From Buchnera aphidicola str. APS (Acyrthosiphon pisum) (lineage in GTDB: Bacteria > Pseudomonadota > Gammaproteobacteria > Enterobacterales > Enterobacteriaceae): DNA of 32,000 nucleotides. The translations under genes were made by a program, and so were the position numbers. The DNA lies in contig NC_002528.1 in the NCBI RefSeq assembly GCF_000009605.1, forward strand, positions 360,001 through 392,000, given 5' to 3'. Positions 29,976 through 32,000 of this stretch are shown here, piece by piece (positions within the stretch are counted from its first letter, which is position 1; every line of letters begins with the position of its first letter). The notes under the pieces were generated by a model that had not been told where the DNA came from, did not search any database, and worked only from the letters and a program-made list of their open reading frames with translations.

Positions 29976-30320
29976 ATGCAAGATAATTCAATTTTTAAAA
30001 ATATTATTCAAAGAAAAATACCAGCAAATATTGTTTATCAAGATAAAAAAATCACTGCTTTTGAAGATATAAAACCAAAAGCACCTGTACATATATTAAT
30101 TATACCTAATTTTTTTATTTCATCATCAAATGATATCAATAAAAAAAACAAATGGATTATGTCACATATGTTTTATATTGCCGTGAAAATTGCAAAACAA
30201 AAAAAAATAAATCAAGAAGGATATAGAATTATTATTAATTGTAATGAATATGGAGGTCAGGAAATCAATTATCTACACATGCATTTATTAGGCGGCAAAA
30301 AATTAAAATCTTTCTCCTAA
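29976..30320 (+). CDS. hinT: HIT-family purine nucleoside phosphoramidase HinT (YcfF)
   Basis: 114 aa. [39 protein letters not shown] and ...[15 protein letters not shown] match HinT/HINT1. The first His of the triad is replaced (see findings). Confidence 0.88.
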   Translation: MQDNSIFKNIIQRKIPANIVYQDKKITAFEDIKPKAPVHILIIPNFFISSSNDINKKNKWIMSHMFYIAVKIAKQKKINQEGYRIIINCNEYGGQEINYLHMHLLGGKKLKSFS

Positions 30321-30378
30321 TTTTTTTATAGAAAAAATTTTTATGAAAATTTCTTTTTTTACATTATAAGGATAAGAT

Positions 30379-30906
30379 TTGAGAAGAAATTTGTTATTGA
30401 TATTATTTATTATATTTTTTATAAATAGTTGTTCTTATTCTAAAAATATAGAGAATACTTTTTCGAAGGTAAAAAAAACAAATTTTATTCTTTTAAAATT
30501 TGATTCTGCTATAGAAAAGATCATTTCGGAAATGTTAAAACCTAATCATATATTAATCTTTAATAAAAAATTATTTTTTATTGATTTACTAGAAAATCAA
30601 ACTAATATTTTTATAGACAGGGAAAAAATTACAGATTTAATAAAACACAAAATTTCCATAAAAAATAATGACATTCATTTTCTTGAAAAAAATATGATTA
30701 AAAAAAATAAAAAAAAAATAGGTATTTTAGAAATAAAAAAATCACTAGATACCAGTACTGCAATTTTTTTCTCTCGCAATAACAATGTAGAATATTATAT
30801 ACACAGCTGTATTTCTGGTAAAAATGAACCTTTTTTATTAAAAATTGAATTGATACTTGTTAAAACAGGAGAAATAGTATTTATGAAAGAAGAGAGATGC
30901 TATTGA
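30379..30906 (+). CDS. lpoB: Penicillin-binding protein 1B activator lipoprotein LpoB (YcfM), shortened
   Basis: The start is TTG with aagga upstream. The lipoprotein signal is LLLILFIIFFINSC. The C-terminus LKIELILVKTGEIVF aligns with E. coli LQMQLMLVQTGEIIW. It follows hinT, the position it holds in E. coli once ycfL is removed. It contains an in-frame A10 tract at 30709..30718. Confidence 0.7.
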   Translation: MRRNLLLILFIIFFINSCSYSKNIENTFSKVKKTNFILLKFDSAIEKIISEMLKPNHILIFNKKLFFIDLLENQTNIFIDREKITDLIKHKISIKNNDIHFLEKNMIKKNKKKIGILEIKKSLDTSTAIFFSRNNNVEYYIHSCISGKNEPFLLKIELILVKTGEIVFMKEERCY

Positions 30907-30992
30907 TAAAAACGGTATGTAAAAAAATTATATTTTATATATAAAAAATATTAAGACTAATTTTGAAAATAAAAAAAGACTTTTTGATGTGT

Positions 30993-31101
30993 CTAAGAGT
31001 AGTTCTTTCTACCGACGTTCGTATAATTAAATAATTAATTATTCTGAAATATAATAAATAGATTTCTCTATTATATGTCAGTAGAAAGTTCTAACTCTTA
31101 G
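30993..31101. other. Interrupted long-range inverted repeat in the lpoB / porin convergent spacer
   Basis: ctaagag (30993..30999) is complementary to ctcttag (31095..31101), and tttctac (31006..31012) to gtagaaa (31081..31087). A 6x7-nt internal mismatch separates the two helices, which enclose about 68 nt. The left arm is followed by an unusually GC-containing stretch (ccgacgttcg). Confidence 0.4.
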
Positions 31102-31154
31102 TTGTTTTAGAAAAAAAGCTAAATTAATTTTAAAAAATATATATTTTCATGAAA

Positions 31155-32000
31155 TTAGAAATGATAAACTATTCCAGCACCAATGGTGTTATCTGTAGGA
31201 ATGTTTTGCTCTTTAATAACATTATCACTCTTTAATAAATTAATTGTATAATTCATATATGTAGAAATATTTTTGTTAAATTCATAACGAGTAGAAATAT
31301 TAATTTGTTTTGCTAATTCTAAATTTTTAGGAACAGTAGTAGCATCTTTTATATTTAAATTTTGCCCCTTAGAATCTAAATAACTCAAGGAAGGATGAAA
31401 TCCAGAATGAAAATTATATTCTGCAATCGCTTCAATATTTTGAGTTTTATTGATATATGGTTGATCCTTAGAAGCATTATTATCGCTAAGAATATTTAAT
31501 GATGGTGTTAAATTACGTCCTTCACCATAAAATGCTGCTATATATATATCATTAGCATCATATTTAAAACCTAAACCATATGCACCTACAGAAGGAGTTA
31601 GCTTGTTGTCTTGATTACTTTTGTCAGATTGAAATCTTTGAGAAGAAAAACAAGAACCAATGGCAGTAAGTCCCACATCAGTTTCATATTTTATAGAAAT
31701 ACCCCAACCAGGACCATTTGTCTGATTTTGCGCTCTATTTTCAGATTGATCTTGATACTGTAATATAAAACTCATTCCGTCAATTAAACCAAAAATATCA
31801 TCATTTTTATAAGTAAGTAAACTATTGCTTCTACCCGTCATATAGTTATCGTTATACGAAAATATACTATCTTTATTAATATATGGAGAACGATTAGTCA
31901 ACGCTTGCACGTCATGTAAAACACCATAATTACGACCATAATCTATTGATCCCCAATTGCCATACTTGAAACCAGCATATCCTAGACGTAAATTGTTAGG
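31155..32000 (-). CDS. ompF: OmpF/OmpC-type general porin, C-terminal part (5' end outside the window)
   Basis: The frame stays open to the window edge. Hand translation of 31911..32000 gives PNNLRLGYAGFKYGNWGSIDYGRNYGVLHDV, which matches E. coli porins (...LAFAGLKY...GSFDYGRNYGVVYD). The C-terminus ...TIGAGIVYHF ends in the aromatic residue typical of porins. Confidence 0.88.
   Translation of the reverse strand, partial: PNNLRLGYAGFKYGNWGSIDYGRNYGVLHDVQALTNRSPYINKDSIFSYNDNYMTGRSNSLLTYKNDDIFGLIDGMSFILQYQDQSENRAQNQTNGPGWGISIKYETDVGLTAIGSCFSSQRFQSDKSNQDNKLTPSVGAYGLGFKYDANDIYIAAFYGEGRNLTPSLNILSDNNASKDQPYINKTQNIEAIAEYNFHSGFHPSLSYLDSKGQNLNIKDATTVPKNLELAKQINISTRYEFNKNISTYMNYTINLLKSDNVIKEQNIPTDNTIGAGIVYHF

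Noticed and set aside
1-32000. CRISPR arrays, IS elements or transposases, integrases, phage genes, toxin-antitoxin or defence islands, or a novel multi-gene system
   Set aside because: Every ORF of meaningful length has a clear housekeeping orthologue in conserved enterobacterial order. The only repeats are 12-14-nt AT-rich tandem copies without spacer structure. There are no terminal inverted repeats and no compositionally foreign segments.

Overview
This window is very AT-rich and gene-dense, and its proteins are rich in Lys, Asn and Ile. Gene order follows E. coli K-12 blocks with many genes deleted: tsaB; minCDE; rsmC; ompA; murJ; pyrC; flgN-flgA / flgBCDEFGHIJK; rne; rluC-rpmF-[plsX fabH lost]-fabD-fabG-acpP-[fabF pabC mltG lost]-tmk-holB-ycfH-ptsG-hinT-lpoB; ompF-like porin. 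From memory of gene order and protein similarity (no search was run), this matches the reduced genome of an aphid primary endosymbiont, Buchnera aphidicola. I call 34 protein-coding genes, two of them truncated by the window edges, plus rpmF (absent from the ORF track) and three tRNAs (Leu-UAA, Cys-GCA, Ser-UGA). I see no mobile elements, CRISPR, prophage, defence, toxin or secondary-metabolite loci, and no evidence for a new multi-gene system. This is conserved core endosymbiont sequence. The points worth a second look all concern genome decay and its tolerance. (1) rsmC and fabD are each broken by a frameshift exactly inside an A10 tract, and one extra A restores each. (2) flgB has a 1-nt frameshift that is not in a homopolymer. 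(3) The flagellar cluster is stripped: no flgM, no flgL, no sigma-28 promoter, and FlgJ is reduced to its rod-cap domain. (4) The RNase E C-terminal half is low-complexity, but islands remain that match E. coli degradosome microdomains. (5) Smaller items include tRNA genes without encoded CCA, an A17 tract, short tandem repeats in spacers, an interrupted inverted repeat between lpoB and the porin gene, a HinT histidine-triad substitution and a shortened LpoB linker.
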